A DNA stretch of 43,608 nt from Gemmatimonadaceae bacterium. Its GTDB lineage: Bacteria; Gemmatimonadota; Gemmatimonadetes; Gemmatimonadales; Gemmatimonadaceae. The DNA is taken from the NCBI GenBank assembly GCA_044224875.1, contig JBGAJQ010000052.1, forward strand, positions 1 to 43,608, read 5' to 3'. Made by a program: the position numbers and the translations under genes. Under the pieces are notes generated by a model. That model saw nothing but the letters and a program-made list of their open reading frames with translations, had not been told where the DNA came from and did not search any database. Shown in pieces: positions 1 through 9,191 of this stretch (its first letter is position 1; the number at the start of each line of letters is the position of its first letter).

Positions 1-142
1 CTCGCCATTCCATGCACCGGCTCCTCCTGGTGACGGCCACACTCGTCGCCAGCGCCCCCTCGCAGGCCCAGCGTCCGGCCACCACCGCTCGACCGGCAGC
101 TCCAACGACTCGGGCCATTGCCGACCTGTCATCGGCCGCCCG
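1..142. repeat. Exact 142-bp duplicate of 574-715 (probable assembly artefact)
   Basis: Base-by-base identical to 574-715; it switches into the peptidase frame at ATCGGCCGCCCG. Confidence 0.85.
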
Positions 143-484
143 GACTCACTGGCCGGCGGCGCGGGGCGCGGTTGGTTGACGGGCTTCGAGCGTTCGACGA
201 TGGGAGAAATGTTCGCCGCCGCAGGACTGCCGATTGTCGCCGACAAGCGATTGGACCAGCAGTTCTTCATGCGTAGCGACAACATCGCCTTTGCCCGGCG
301 CGGCATTGTGGCGCACACACTGTCGTCGTTCAACATGCACACGGATTACCACCAGCCGTCGGATGAGGCGTCTAAGGCGGATGTTCCGCACATGGCCAAG
401 GTCATCGAGGCGGCGGCTCGCGCCGTGCGACTGCTCGCCGACGGTCCCAAGCCCGAATGGAAGGAGGGCGGCAGGCCGCAGTGA
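131..484 (+). CDS. M28 family aminopeptidase, C-terminal part (5' end missing)
   Basis: IGRPDSLAGG..GWLTGFERS, FFMRSDNIAFARRGI, HTDYHQPSDE: typical M28 RSD and YH motifs. Confidence 0.8.
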   Translation: MGRPDSLAGGAGRGWLTGFERSTMGEMFAAAGLPIVADKRLDQQFFMRSDNIAFARRGIVAHTLSSFNMHTDYHQPSDEASKADVPHMAKVIEAAARAVRLLADGPKPEWKEGGRPQ

Positions 485-584
485 CTCGCCGAGCCCGTGG
501 AAAGCGTGCAACTTTCGTAGGCGAAGTCGCTCCGTTTTCGTCTGCCCGTTCCCCACGCAATCCGCCATGCTTGCTCGCCATTCC

Positions 585-3500
585 ATGCACCGGCTCCTCC
601 TGGTGACGGCCACACTCGTCGCCAGCGCCCCCTCGCAGGCCCAGCGTCCGGCCACCACCGCTCGACCGGCAGCTCCAACGACTCGGGCCATTGCCGACCT
701 GTCATCGGCCGCCCGCGTCGCCGACGTGGAGGGCGTGCCGGGCAACCCGAACATCGTCTACGTCGGCTCAGCGTCGGGTGGCGTTTGGAAGACCACCAAT
801 GGCGGCACCACCTGGAAGCCGATCTTCGATAACCAGCCGGTGGCGTCCATCGGCGACATAGCGCTGGAGCCCGGCAATCCGGAAGTCGTGTACGTTGGAA
901 CCGGCGAGTCGGCGCCCCGCAATTCAGTGTCGTTCGGCAACGGCATGTACAAGAGCACGGATGGCGGCGTGACGTGGAAGCACATCGGGCTCGCCAACTC
1001 CGAGCGCATCTCTCGCGTGCTGATCAACGCGCGCAATCCTAACATCGTCTACGCCGGCGTACTCGGCCACATCTTTGGCCCGAATCCCGAGCGCGGCGTC
1101 TTCATGAGTACCAACGGCGGGGACACGTGGGAGAAGGTGCTCTACATCGATGAGTACCATGGAGTCGCGGACATGGACATCGATCCGCGGAACCCGAACA
1201 TCCTGTACGCCGCCATGTGGAAGTTCGAGCGCAAGCCGTGGACCCATCACAGTGGTTCCGAACAGGGCGGCATCTTCAAGTCGGTGGACGGCGGTCGCAG
1301 CTGGCGGAAGCTCACCAATGGGCTTCCCAAGCTCCTGGGGCGTGTTGGCGTGAAGGTGGCCGCCAGCAACCCGGACGTGGTCTACGTGATCGCCGAGTCC
1401 AACGAAGGCACCATGTTCCGGTCGTCGGACAAGGGCGAGACCTTCGTGCAGGTGTCCAAGGACGTCGGCATCGTGAACCGCGGATTCTACTTCACGCAGT
1501 TGCGCGTGGACCCGGCGGAAGAGAATCGCGTGTATGCCGTGTCCGGGACGATGTTCAGCTCCATCGACGGCGGCAAGACGTTCAAGCCGTTCTCCGTGGG
1601 CACGCACGTGGACTACCACACCTTGTGGATCGACCCCACCAATCCCAACCGGATGTGGCAGGGGCAGGATGGTGGCACCGCCGTGTCGTACGACCGCGGC
1701 GAGAATTGGGAGTCCCTGCACACCATCCCCGTGTCGCAGCTGTACGCGATCTATGCCGATCGCCGCGCGCCCTTCTACTCGCTCGGCGGCGGACTGCAGG
1801 ACAACGGCACCTGGACGGGTCCGTCGCGCACCCGCGAACCCGCCGGCATCATGAACGATGACTGGCGGATGATCTCGTTCGGCGATGGCTTCCAGATCCA
1901 GGTGAACCCGGACGATCCCGACGTCTTCATCTCCGAGCTGCAGGGGGGCGGGATCTTCCGCACCAACATGCGCACGCGCGAGCAGGTGGACATTTCGCCG
2001 CAGCCCAGGCGCAACGATGGCGGTCCGGTGAAGGACATGACCTTCAGGTTCAACTGGAACTCCCCGGTCTATCAGTCGCCGCACGACGGCAAGACGGTGT
2101 TCTTTGGCGGGAACGTCATGTTCCGCAACACGAACTTCGGCGTGGGCGGTTGGGAGCAGATATCTCCCGACCTCACATGGAACGAGCCGGACAAGCAGGT
2201 GATGCCCGGTGGTCCGGTGTGGAAGGAGAGCACGACCGCCGAGTACTACCCGACGATCATTTCGTTCGGCGAGTCGCCGGTGCAGGCGGGGGTGTACTGG
2301 GCCGGCACGGATGACGGCCGGTTGCAGCTGTCGCGCGATGCCGGCAAGACCTGGACCGACCTCACCACCGGTGGCCCACCCGTTCCCAAGTACTCGCCTG
2401 TATCGCACACCGAGGGGTCACGCACCGGCGCCGGCACGGCGTACGTGGCATACGACCGCCACATGTTCGATGACTTCACGTCGTACGTGTTCAAGACCAC
2501 GGACTTCGGGAGGACGTGGACGAACGTCGCGGACAACCTGCCGAATGGCGCCTACGTGCACGTGGTGCGCGAGGATCCGAAGAACCCGAACCTGATCTAC
2601 GCGGGGACGGAGCTTGGGCTCTACGTCTCCTTCACGGGGGGCGGGCAGTGGGTGCGCATGCACATGAAGAACCTGCCCCCCGTGGCCATCCACGACATCC
2701 TCGTGCATCCGGTGATGAACGACCTGATCCTCGCCACGCACGGACGCAGCGCCTGGATCCTGGATGACGCCACGCCGCTCCAGACGTTCAACGCCACGAT
2801 CAAGGCGAAGAGCGCCGAGTTGTTCGACGTGCGCCCGGCCTATCGCTACTCCATGAAGGAGACGCGCTTCATGATCGGGAACAAGTACTGGCTGGGCACG
2901 AACCCGAAGTATGGCGCGGCCCTCACGTATTACCTGAAGGACAAGCCCGACAGCTCCACCAAGGTGAAGCTGGAGGTGTTGGACGGCGCCGGCGCGGTGA
3001 TCCGTGAGATCAAGAAGCCGCCGGTGGCTGCGGGACTCAATCGCGCGGCGTGGGACCTGTTGTACGATGGACCACGCGCCCGTCGCGACAGCAATGCCGC
3101 GGTGGCCTTTGGGGGCGACGATCGCGGGCCGCAGGCCGTGCCCGGCACCTACACGGTGCGGCTGACGGTTGGGACGCAGGTCCTCCAGAAACCAGTGGAG
3201 GTGAAGCTGGACCCCGCCGTGGAAGTCACCGTCGCCGACCTGCGGCAGCAGTTCGAGACGGCGGTGAAGCTGCGCGACATGCGATCGGCGTTGAATGACA
3301 CGCTGCGGGCGGTGGACGTCTACCGCGCCCAGTTGGTCGGCCGGCGCGGAGTGGTGGCCGCCCTGCGATCGGACAATAAGGATCCCCAGCTCAAGGAGAT
3401 CGACGGTGAGCTTGCCGATGTGGACTCGCTCCTGTCGCAGCTGACCGTGCCGACGGGCAAGACCTTCTGGAGCGAACCGCCGCGGGTCACCGAGCGGCTC

Positions 3501-3719
3501 GGCGCCCTGTTCAGCGGCGTCGACGGGCCGAACCGTGCGCCCACGACGCACCAGATCAAGTTGTTCGGCGAACTGGACGTGGAGTGGCGAGCCGCCCTGG
3601 CCAAGGTCGCCGCCAAACTGGGCAAGACGATCTCCATGACACCCACCACGCCACCGGTCGTTGCCCCTCCCGCGCTCGTATCGCCGTTCCCGTCACCTTT
3701 GCTGAATCACACGCCGTGA
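585..3719 (+). CDS. Secreted BNR/Asp-box repeat protein (VPS10/sortilin-like, glycosyl-hydrolase-like)
   Basis: Signal peptide MHRLLLVTATLVASAPSQA; many SxDGGxTW Asp-boxes; GGLQDNGTW, RFNWNSP, LATHGRS. Start is 567 or 585. Confidence 0.85.
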   Translation: MHRLLLVTATLVASAPSQAQRPATTARPAAPTTRAIADLSSAARVADVEGVPGNPNIVYVGSASGGVWKTTNGGTTWKPIFDNQPVASIGDIALEPGNPEVVYVGTGESAPRNSVSFGNGMYKSTDGGVTWKHIGLANSERISRVLINARNPNIVYAGVLGHIFGPNPERGVFMSTNGGDTWEKVLYIDEYHGVADMDIDPRNPNILYAAMWKFERKPWTHHSGSEQGGIFKSVDGGRSWRKLTNGLPKLLGRVGVKVAASNPDVVYVIAESNEGTMFRSSDKGETFVQVSKDVGIVNRGFYFTQLRVDPAEENRVYAVSGTMFSSIDGGKTFKPFSVGTHVDYHTLWIDPTNPNRMWQGQDGGTAVSYDRGENWESLHTIPVSQLYAIYADRRAPFYSLGGGLQDNGTWTGPSRTREPAGIMNDDWRMISFGDGFQIQVNPDDPDVFISELQGGGIFRTNMRTREQVDISPQPRRNDGGPVKDMTFRFNWNSPVYQSPHDGKTVFFGGNVMFRNTNFGVGGWEQISPDLTWNEPDKQVMPGGPVWKESTTAEYYPTIISFGESPVQAGVYWAGTDDGRLQLSRDAGKTWTDLTTGGPPVPKYSPVSHTEGSRTGAGTAYVAYDRHMFDDFTSYVFKTTDFGRTWTNVADNLPNGAYVHVVREDPKNPNLIYAGTELGLYVSFTGGGQWVRMHMKNLPPVAIHDILVHPVMNDLILATHGRSAWILDDATPLQTFNATIKAKSAELFDVRPAYRYSMKETRFMIGNKYWLGTNPKYGAALTYYLKDKPDSSTKVKLEVLDGAGAVIREIKKPPVAAGLNRAAWDLLYDGPRARRDSNAAVAFGGDDRGPQAVPGTYTVRLTVGTQVLQKPVEVKLDPAVEVTVADLRQQFETAVKLRDMRSALNDTLRAVDVYRAQLVGRRGVVAALRSDNKDPQLKEIDGELADVDSLLSQLTVPTGKTFWSEPPRVTERLGALFSGVDGPNRAPTTHQIKLFGELDVEWRAALAKVAAKLGKTISMTPTTPPVVAPPALVSPFPSPLLNHTP

Positions 3720-4834
3720 AGATAGAAACCCTCTGCGTCCACGCCGGACACGGTCCCGACCTGGTCACCGGCGCCGTCGCCCCACCGTTGCACCTGTCGA
3801 CTACCTTCGAACGCGACGCCGACGGCGAATTCCGTCGCGGCTTCATCTACTCGCGCACGGACAACCCAACGCGTGCCATGCTGGAGCATGCGCTCGCCGC
3901 CGTGGAAGATGGCGCCGTGGCCTTCGCCTTCTCCTCCGGTCAGGCGGCCACGCACGCCGTGTTCCAGGCGTTGCGACCGGGGGACCATGTCATCGTGCCG
4001 ATCTTCGCGTACTATGGAACGCCAAAACTCGTGCGTGAGGTGTTCGTGCCGTGGGGGTTGCAGGCCACCTTCGTGGACATGCGCGACCTGGGCGCCGTGC
4101 GTGCCGCCGTGAAGCCTAACACGAAGCTGATCTGGGCAGAGACTCCCTCCAACCCGCTCCTCACCCTGACGGACATCGCCGCGGTGGCGGAAATCGCCCG
4201 AACGGTGGGCGCGCGCGTGGCGGTCGATAACACGTGGGCCACCCCACTCGGCCAGCGCCCGCTTCAGCTGGGGGCGGACATCGTTATGCACGCCACCACC
4301 AAGTACCTGAGTGGCCACAGCGACGTTTTGGGCGGCGCGCTCGTTCTGCGCGCCGACGATGAGTTCGCGGCGGGTATTCGGCTGCTGCAACGGGAAGGTG
4401 GTGGCGTGGCCGCGCCCTTTGATTCCTGGCTGGTTGCGCGCGGCATTCGCACACTGCCGTGGCGGATGCGGGCCCATACGGCGAATGCCACCGCTGTGGC
4501 CCAGTTCCTGTCCACGCATCCACGCGTGGAGGCAACGCATTACCCGGGGCTGCCGTCCCATCCGCAGCACGACATCGCCCGCCGGCAGATGCAACTCTTT
4601 GGCGGCATGGCGTCGTTTCAGGTGGTGGGCGGGCGCGCCGAGGCGCTGGACGTGGCGTCCAAGACGCGCGTGTTCACCCGGGCCACGAGTCTTGGGGGCG
4701 TGGAGAGCCTCATTGAACACCGGGCGTCCGTCGAGGGGCCGAACACGGTGGCGCCTGAGAACCTGCTACGCGTCTCCATTGGGTTGGAGAACCCGGACGA
4801 CTTGATCGACGATCTGCGGACCGCGTTAGGTTAG
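3716..4834 (+). CDS. metB: PLP-dependent trans-sulfuration enzyme (cystathionine gamma-synthase/lyase family)
   Basis: YSRTDNPTR, ETPSNP, DNTWATP, ATTKYLSGHSDV (PLP lysine), SLGGVESL, LLRVSIGLE. GTG start overlaps the upstream TGA. Exact substrate not resolvable. Confidence 0.85.
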   Translation: MKIETLCVHAGHGPDLVTGAVAPPLHLSTTFERDADGEFRRGFIYSRTDNPTRAMLEHALAAVEDGAVAFAFSSGQAATHAVFQALRPGDHVIVPIFAYYGTPKLVREVFVPWGLQATFVDMRDLGAVRAAVKPNTKLIWAETPSNPLLTLTDIAAVAEIARTVGARVAVDNTWATPLGQRPLQLGADIVMHATTKYLSGHSDVLGGALVLRADDEFAAGIRLLQREGGGVAAPFDSWLVARGIRTLPWRMRAHTANATAVAQFLSTHPRVEATHYPGLPSHPQHDIARRQMQLFGGMASFQVVGGRAEALDVASKTRVFTRATSLGGVESLIEHRASVEGPNTVAPENLLRVSIGLENPDDLIDDLRTALG

Positions 4835-5083
4835 AGTGTTGCCAAAGAGGACAGGTGGAAAGTTCGTCGAGATGAATGGCGCCGCGCTGATAGTCGCGAA
4901 TGAGTACAGGGCAGAGTTGCGTGTCCTGCATTCGGCAAATGCACCGGGTCTTGCAATTGCGAACCAGATCAGTCTTTCACCACCTGCCAGACGCCAGGCT
5001 TCCGATGCACCTGCCCGGCCCTGCGACCTTCCAACTTGCTCGAGCCGTAGTGGTTTGGCACCGCACCACCAGGGAATGAAGCT

Positions 5084-6205
5084 TTGAACGGACCCACCTG
5101 CCTTGCCGTGCTTTGCGTATTGGGGCTCGCAGCGGCGAGCTCCCAGCAGAGCACAGTTCGAGAGTTCCGGCTTGACGCCGTCTTGGTCGAGTCGTTCGGT
5201 CGAATATCAGCCGATGGATCTTCCGAATTTGCGAAGGTGGTGGGTGCGTTCGCTCGGGCCGACGAGTCTGTGGTTATCGCTGACGGTTATGCTAAGTCGG
5301 TTCGAGTGTTCGGAGAAACTGGCGGGCTGGAACGAACCGTTGGACGTGAAGGCGCCGGGCCCGGCGAATTCCGCGACTTGTCGTGGATGGGGCCGTGCGG
5401 CCGAGACGAATTCGCTACTTACGATGTGGTACTCAACCGCGTGGTCGTGTTCGACTCGAATGATCATGTGGTTGGCAGCCGTGTGCTTCCTGCAAGCCTG
5501 ATTTTCGCGCGGCCTCTCTTGTGCACGTCTCATCATCATGTCATCGTCGTGCGCGATCAACCGGCCATGATGCCGCCGCGCTCCATGGTCGTCCGAAACC
5601 CAGCGACCGTGCTGGAGATCGACTTGGTGTCCGGAAGCGTTGACACACTCTGAAATGTTCCGGGCAACGAGTACTATTTTGCGAACGAAGTAGGGGGATT
5701 TGGTGACCTGCCCGGTGGAGGGTACCTTCACGCCGCAGCCGCTGCCGGAGTAGTCGCGCTGGCACCGAGCGACGAGCCGAAGGTACGAGTCTGGCCCGTC
5801 TCCGCGAGAAAATGGACTTTGATCGAGAATGGCACGCTCGGGCACGCCCCAAGCGCTCAGGAGTTTGCCGCCGCCGTCGATGCTCGCGTAGCAGAGGAAC
5901 CGAAGCCGCGAACCCGCGAATTGCTCAAACGCGTGTACGCTGGCGCGCCAAGACCCCGAACTATCGGCAATCTCACTGATTTGGCCGTTGATCAGGACGG
6001 GCTGATATGGATCAAGGCGCCGCAGGATATCAGGGACGTCGGCGAGGCTGACTGGAACATCGTGGATATTCAGGGGCGGCGCGTCGGGCACACCCGGCTG
6101 CCTTCGCGCGCACGCCCAATCTGGATCTCAAGATCGCGGATCCTGCTCGCCGAGAGGGACTCTATCGGCACGCAGGTAGTATCACTGCATTCATTGGTGC
6201 GTTGA
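5084..6205 (+). pseudogene. Secreted 6-bladed beta-propeller protein interrupted by one in-frame TGA (5651-5653)
   Basis: Signal peptide, VGREGAGPGEF motif and DLAVDQDGLIW blade. ORFs 5084-5653 and 5819-6205 share a frame and the gap is open. Confidence 0.65.
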
Positions 6206-6471
6206 CAATGTCGAGTTTCAAGAAGTTGTGCCGCAGTCCGCGCGTAGGCAGTACTTCTCGCGCGAGTCTGGCTGCGCTAATGTTTCTATTGCTCTCCGCT
6301 AGCGCCTGCGCACTTCCATCCCGAACCGCATCGTCGCGTCACATCGCAGGGACCGATCGCGCGGCGTTGCCAGATACGCAAGTGGCCCGGCGGCTCTGCT
6401 TGCAGGCTGATTCCGTTCACGCAGCCTCAGCGCCGTGCGTGCTGCGTTACGATAGGCTGGTGATTCAGTAG
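6202..6471 (+). CDS. Small hypothetical protein, possible lipoprotein
   Basis: Overlaps the previous stop; hydrophobic stretch ending LSASAC. Confidence 0.3.
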   Translation: MTMSSFKKLCRSPRVGSTSRASLAALMFLLLSASACALPSRTASSRHIAGTDRAALPDTQVARRLCLQADSVHAASAPCVLRYDRLVIQ

Positions 6472-6510
6472 CGAGTTAGCGCTCGTCCCCGCGTAACGCG
6501 AGTCCGTTGC

Positions 6511-8088
6511 TCAAGAATTGTCCTTTCGCTTGATCACGCGCCCCGGCTTGGCGCCGCTCACCTTGCCGTCACGATAGACCTCGACCCCATTCACCCACAC
6601 GCGCTGTACGCCGTCGGACACCGCGTGTGGGTCCTTCGTGGTTGCCTTGTCGGCGATGGTCGACGGGTTGAACAACACCAGGTCGGCGAACTGCCCCACC
6701 GCGATCGTCCCTCGGTCCTTGAAGCCCATGTTGTGCGCCGCCAGGGACGTGGCATGCCGCACCCCTTCTTCCAGCGACACCACACCACGCTCGCGCACAT
6801 AGTGGCCGAAGTAGCGCGAGAAGCTGCCGTACCCGCGTGGGTGCGCGCCAGCGAGTTGCCCATCGGTGCAGATGTTCGCATAGGGCCAGCGCATGATGCG
6901 CTCCACATCGCCCTCCACCATGCTCGTGCCGATCACACTCTCGATATCCACCGTGTCCGCCGCCTTGCCCAGCTTCTTCTGCATCGCTTCCGCATCCTTG
7001 ATCAGGTCAATCAGCGCCGTAACCGAATCCACCCCGCGCAGCGCGGCGATCTCGGCGACCGTCTTGCCCGCGTAGGCGGGATTCGGCGCATACTCGCCTA
7101 ACAACAGGCCACCGGGGGTGGACGTCTGCGTCAGCGCAAACTCGGCCGACTTCCGGTTCGTGAAGTCGCGCTTGGGGAAGAGAACCGTCAGCGTAGACTG
7201 CCAATACAGGTAGGGATAGATGTCCGCGGTGATGTCGACCCCTGCTGACCGAGCCTCGTCCAGCAAGTTGATCAGCGAGTCCGCGTGCCCCCACAGGTCG
7301 CGCATCGCCAGCTTCATATGTGACACCTGCACCGGCAGCTTGGCCTCGCGCCCGATGCGGATGATCTCGTCGATGGCCTTCCAGAATGTGAAGTCCTCAC
7401 TGCGAATGTGGGAGATGTACCGACCACCTGACGCCGCCGTCTCCTTGGCCAGTGTGATCAACTCGTCGCTGGCCGAGTAGATGCCCGGATCGTATTCGAG
7501 TCCCGAGGAGAGGCCTAACGCGCCGGCGTCCAGATCCTCCTTCAACATCACGCGCATCTTCTCCACCTCGGCGGCCGTGGCGACGCGCTTGAAGTCCTTG
7601 CCGAGTACCGCGTCGCGGATGGTGCCGTGGCCGGCGTACATGGCGATATTGACGGCCGCGCCACGCGCGCTCAACGAGTCCAAGTACGGCTTCAACGGAT
7701 GCCAGGAGCCACCATCTTGGCCCCCCACGACGGTGGTGATGCCCTGGCTTACCGCCGCCAAGGCATCCGGGTGCTCGGCGATCCCGCCCGATGCATGCGA
7801 GTGCGTGTCGATGAAGCCGGGGGCCAACACCATGCCGCCGGCATCCACGACTGTGTCGCCGCGTTTGACCTTCACGTCGCCCACCGCCGTGATGCGGTCA
7901 CCTTCAACGCGCACACTTCCCGTGCGTGCTTGGGCGCCGGTGCCATCCACGATGCTGGCGTTCTGGATCACGATCGCCGTGCCCGTGCTGCCCTCGTTCG
8001 TTCCGGCGCCCGACCCTCCGCAGGCGGAGAGGACAAGCGAACCAGTGAGCGACAAGACATGAAGTGCGCGGGGCAGTGAACGGCGCAT
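6511..8088 (-). CDS. N-acyl-D-amino-acid deacylase (amidohydrolase), lipoprotein
   Basis: Lipobox VLSAC; APGFIDTHSH, GLSSGLEYDPG, YISHIRSE, VSHMK, HPRGYGSF, ADLVLF. Confidence 0.9.
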   Translation of the reverse strand: MRRSLPRALHVLSLTGSLVLSACGGSGAGTNEGSTGTAIVIQNASIVDGTGAQARTGSVRVEGDRITAVGDVKVKRGDTVVDAGGMVLAPGFIDTHSHASGGIAEHPDALAAVSQGITTVVGGQDGGSWHPLKPYLDSLSARGAAVNIAMYAGHGTIRDAVLGKDFKRVATAAEVEKMRVMLKEDLDAGALGLSSGLEYDPGIYSASDELITLAKETAASGGRYISHIRSEDFTFWKAIDEIIRIGREAKLPVQVSHMKLAMRDLWGHADSLINLLDEARSAGVDITADIYPYLYWQSTLTVLFPKRDFTNRKSAEFALTQTSTPGGLLLGEYAPNPAYAGKTVAEIAALRGVDSVTALIDLIKDAEAMQKKLGKAADTVDIESVIGTSMVEGDVERIMRWPYANICTDGQLAGAHPRGYGSFSRYFGHYVRERGVVSLEEGVRHATSLAAHNMGFKDRGTIAVGQFADLVLFNPSTIADKATTKDPHAVSDGVQRVWVNGVEVYRDGKVSGAKPGRVIKRKDNS

Positions 8089-8193
8089 TGCGGTGGCTCG
8101 AATTGGAACTGTGGGAGCGGGGCGATAACTTTGGGGGAGATTTATCTCCCGTATCCGCGCTTCGCCAATAGCAGCGAGGGGAAATCACACACC

Positions 8194-8928
8194 ATGCCCG
8201 ACGAACGATCTGCCCCTTCCATGAGCCGCTACGCGATGGCGCTGGCCGTCGTCATCGGTTCGATTGCCATCGCCAGCGCGCTGAAGGACATCCGCCGTGG
8301 CGACGACGCGGTCACCGTCACAGGGTCGGCCAAAAAGGAGATTCGCTCCGACTTTGCGGTGTGGCGTGCCACCGTGTCCACGCAGTCGGCATCGCTCACC
8401 GCCGCGTCCCAGGAGCTGCAACGCCAGGCCGCGCAGCTGCGCACCTTCTTCAAGGCGCAGCAGGTCGCCGACACGGTCGTGAGCGAGAAGCCGGTGGAGA
8501 CCTCCCCGGTGAACGAGGTACTCGGCGACGGTCGGGAGACGGGCCGAGTGGTTGGGTATCGGTTGAGCCGAACGTTTGAGCTGCGGTCGGCGGACGTGGA
8601 CGGGCTCACCAAGCTGTCACAACGCGTGGGCGACCTGATCTCCGAGGGCGTGCCGCTGGTGACCCAACCACCGGAGTACCTGTTCACGAAGCTGGCCACG
8701 TTGCGCATCGCCCTGCTGGAGGAGGCTACCAAGGACGCCAAACTGCGGGCAGAAGCGATCACCCGCAGTACGGGCGGTCGTGTGGGCGCCGTGCGTGAGG
8801 CACGCATGGGGGTGTTTCAGATCACGCCGCGCTTTTCCACGGAGGTGAGCGACTACGGCGTGAACGACGTGACGGCGATTGAGAAGGATGTCACGGCGGT
8901 AGTTCGCGTGACGTTTGCCGTGCGATAG
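8194..8928 (+). CDS. SIMPL domain (DUF541) protein
   Basis: N-terminal TM segment, VTVTGSAKKEI, ATKDAKLRAEAI, GVFQIT, EKDVTAVVRVTF. Confidence 0.85.
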   Translation: MPDERSAPSMSRYAMALAVVIGSIAIASALKDIRRGDDAVTVTGSAKKEIRSDFAVWRATVSTQSASLTAASQELQRQAAQLRTFFKAQQVADTVVSEKPVETSPVNEVLGDGRETGRVVGYRLSRTFELRSADVDGLTKLSQRVGDLISEGVPLVTQPPEYLFTKLATLRIALLEEATKDAKLRAEAITRSTGGRVGAVREARMGVFQITPRFSTEVSDYGVNDVTAIEKDVTAVVRVTFAVR

Positions 8929-9125
8929 TGCGACTGACGACTCGTCGTTAGGTTTTCCCAGCTGGTGCAGAGGAGCGCGCGCAGGCTGTCAATGTTGTCG
9001 CGGGAGGCGTCCTGCCAGCTCCACTTGCTTGCGACGTCGTTCCCGCGAAGGGTTAGGGCACGGGCCGCGCGTCGCAGCGGGTCTGGGCGGGAGTCGACAA
9101 GAGCGCGTGTGTTGCACATCACGGC

Positions 9126-9155
9126 TTGAACTGGCGCCGCGCGCAATACTATTGT
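9126..9155 (+). promoter_or_regulatory. Possible sigma70 promoter of the rhs gene
   Basis: TTGAAC-18 nt-TATTGT, overlapping a small CAATA-C-TATTG palindrome. Confidence 0.25.
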
Positions 9156-9191
9156 TGACCGCACGAGACAACTGAACCGCTTCGGGGGTGG

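Noticed and set aside
234..566. Extended N-terminus of the BNR protein, and similar extensions of ORFs 3584, 25185, 25348 and 35372
   Set aside because: They overlap neighbouring genes or precede clear signal peptides or domain starts.
924..4720. Long antisense ORFs (924-2408, 2418-3551, 3707-4720) and similar ones elsewhere
   Set aside because: Shadow frames of high-GC genes with no family motifs.
5651..5653. Selenocysteine codon
   Set aside because: No redox motif context or obvious SECIS; secreted propellers of this type are not known selenoproteins.
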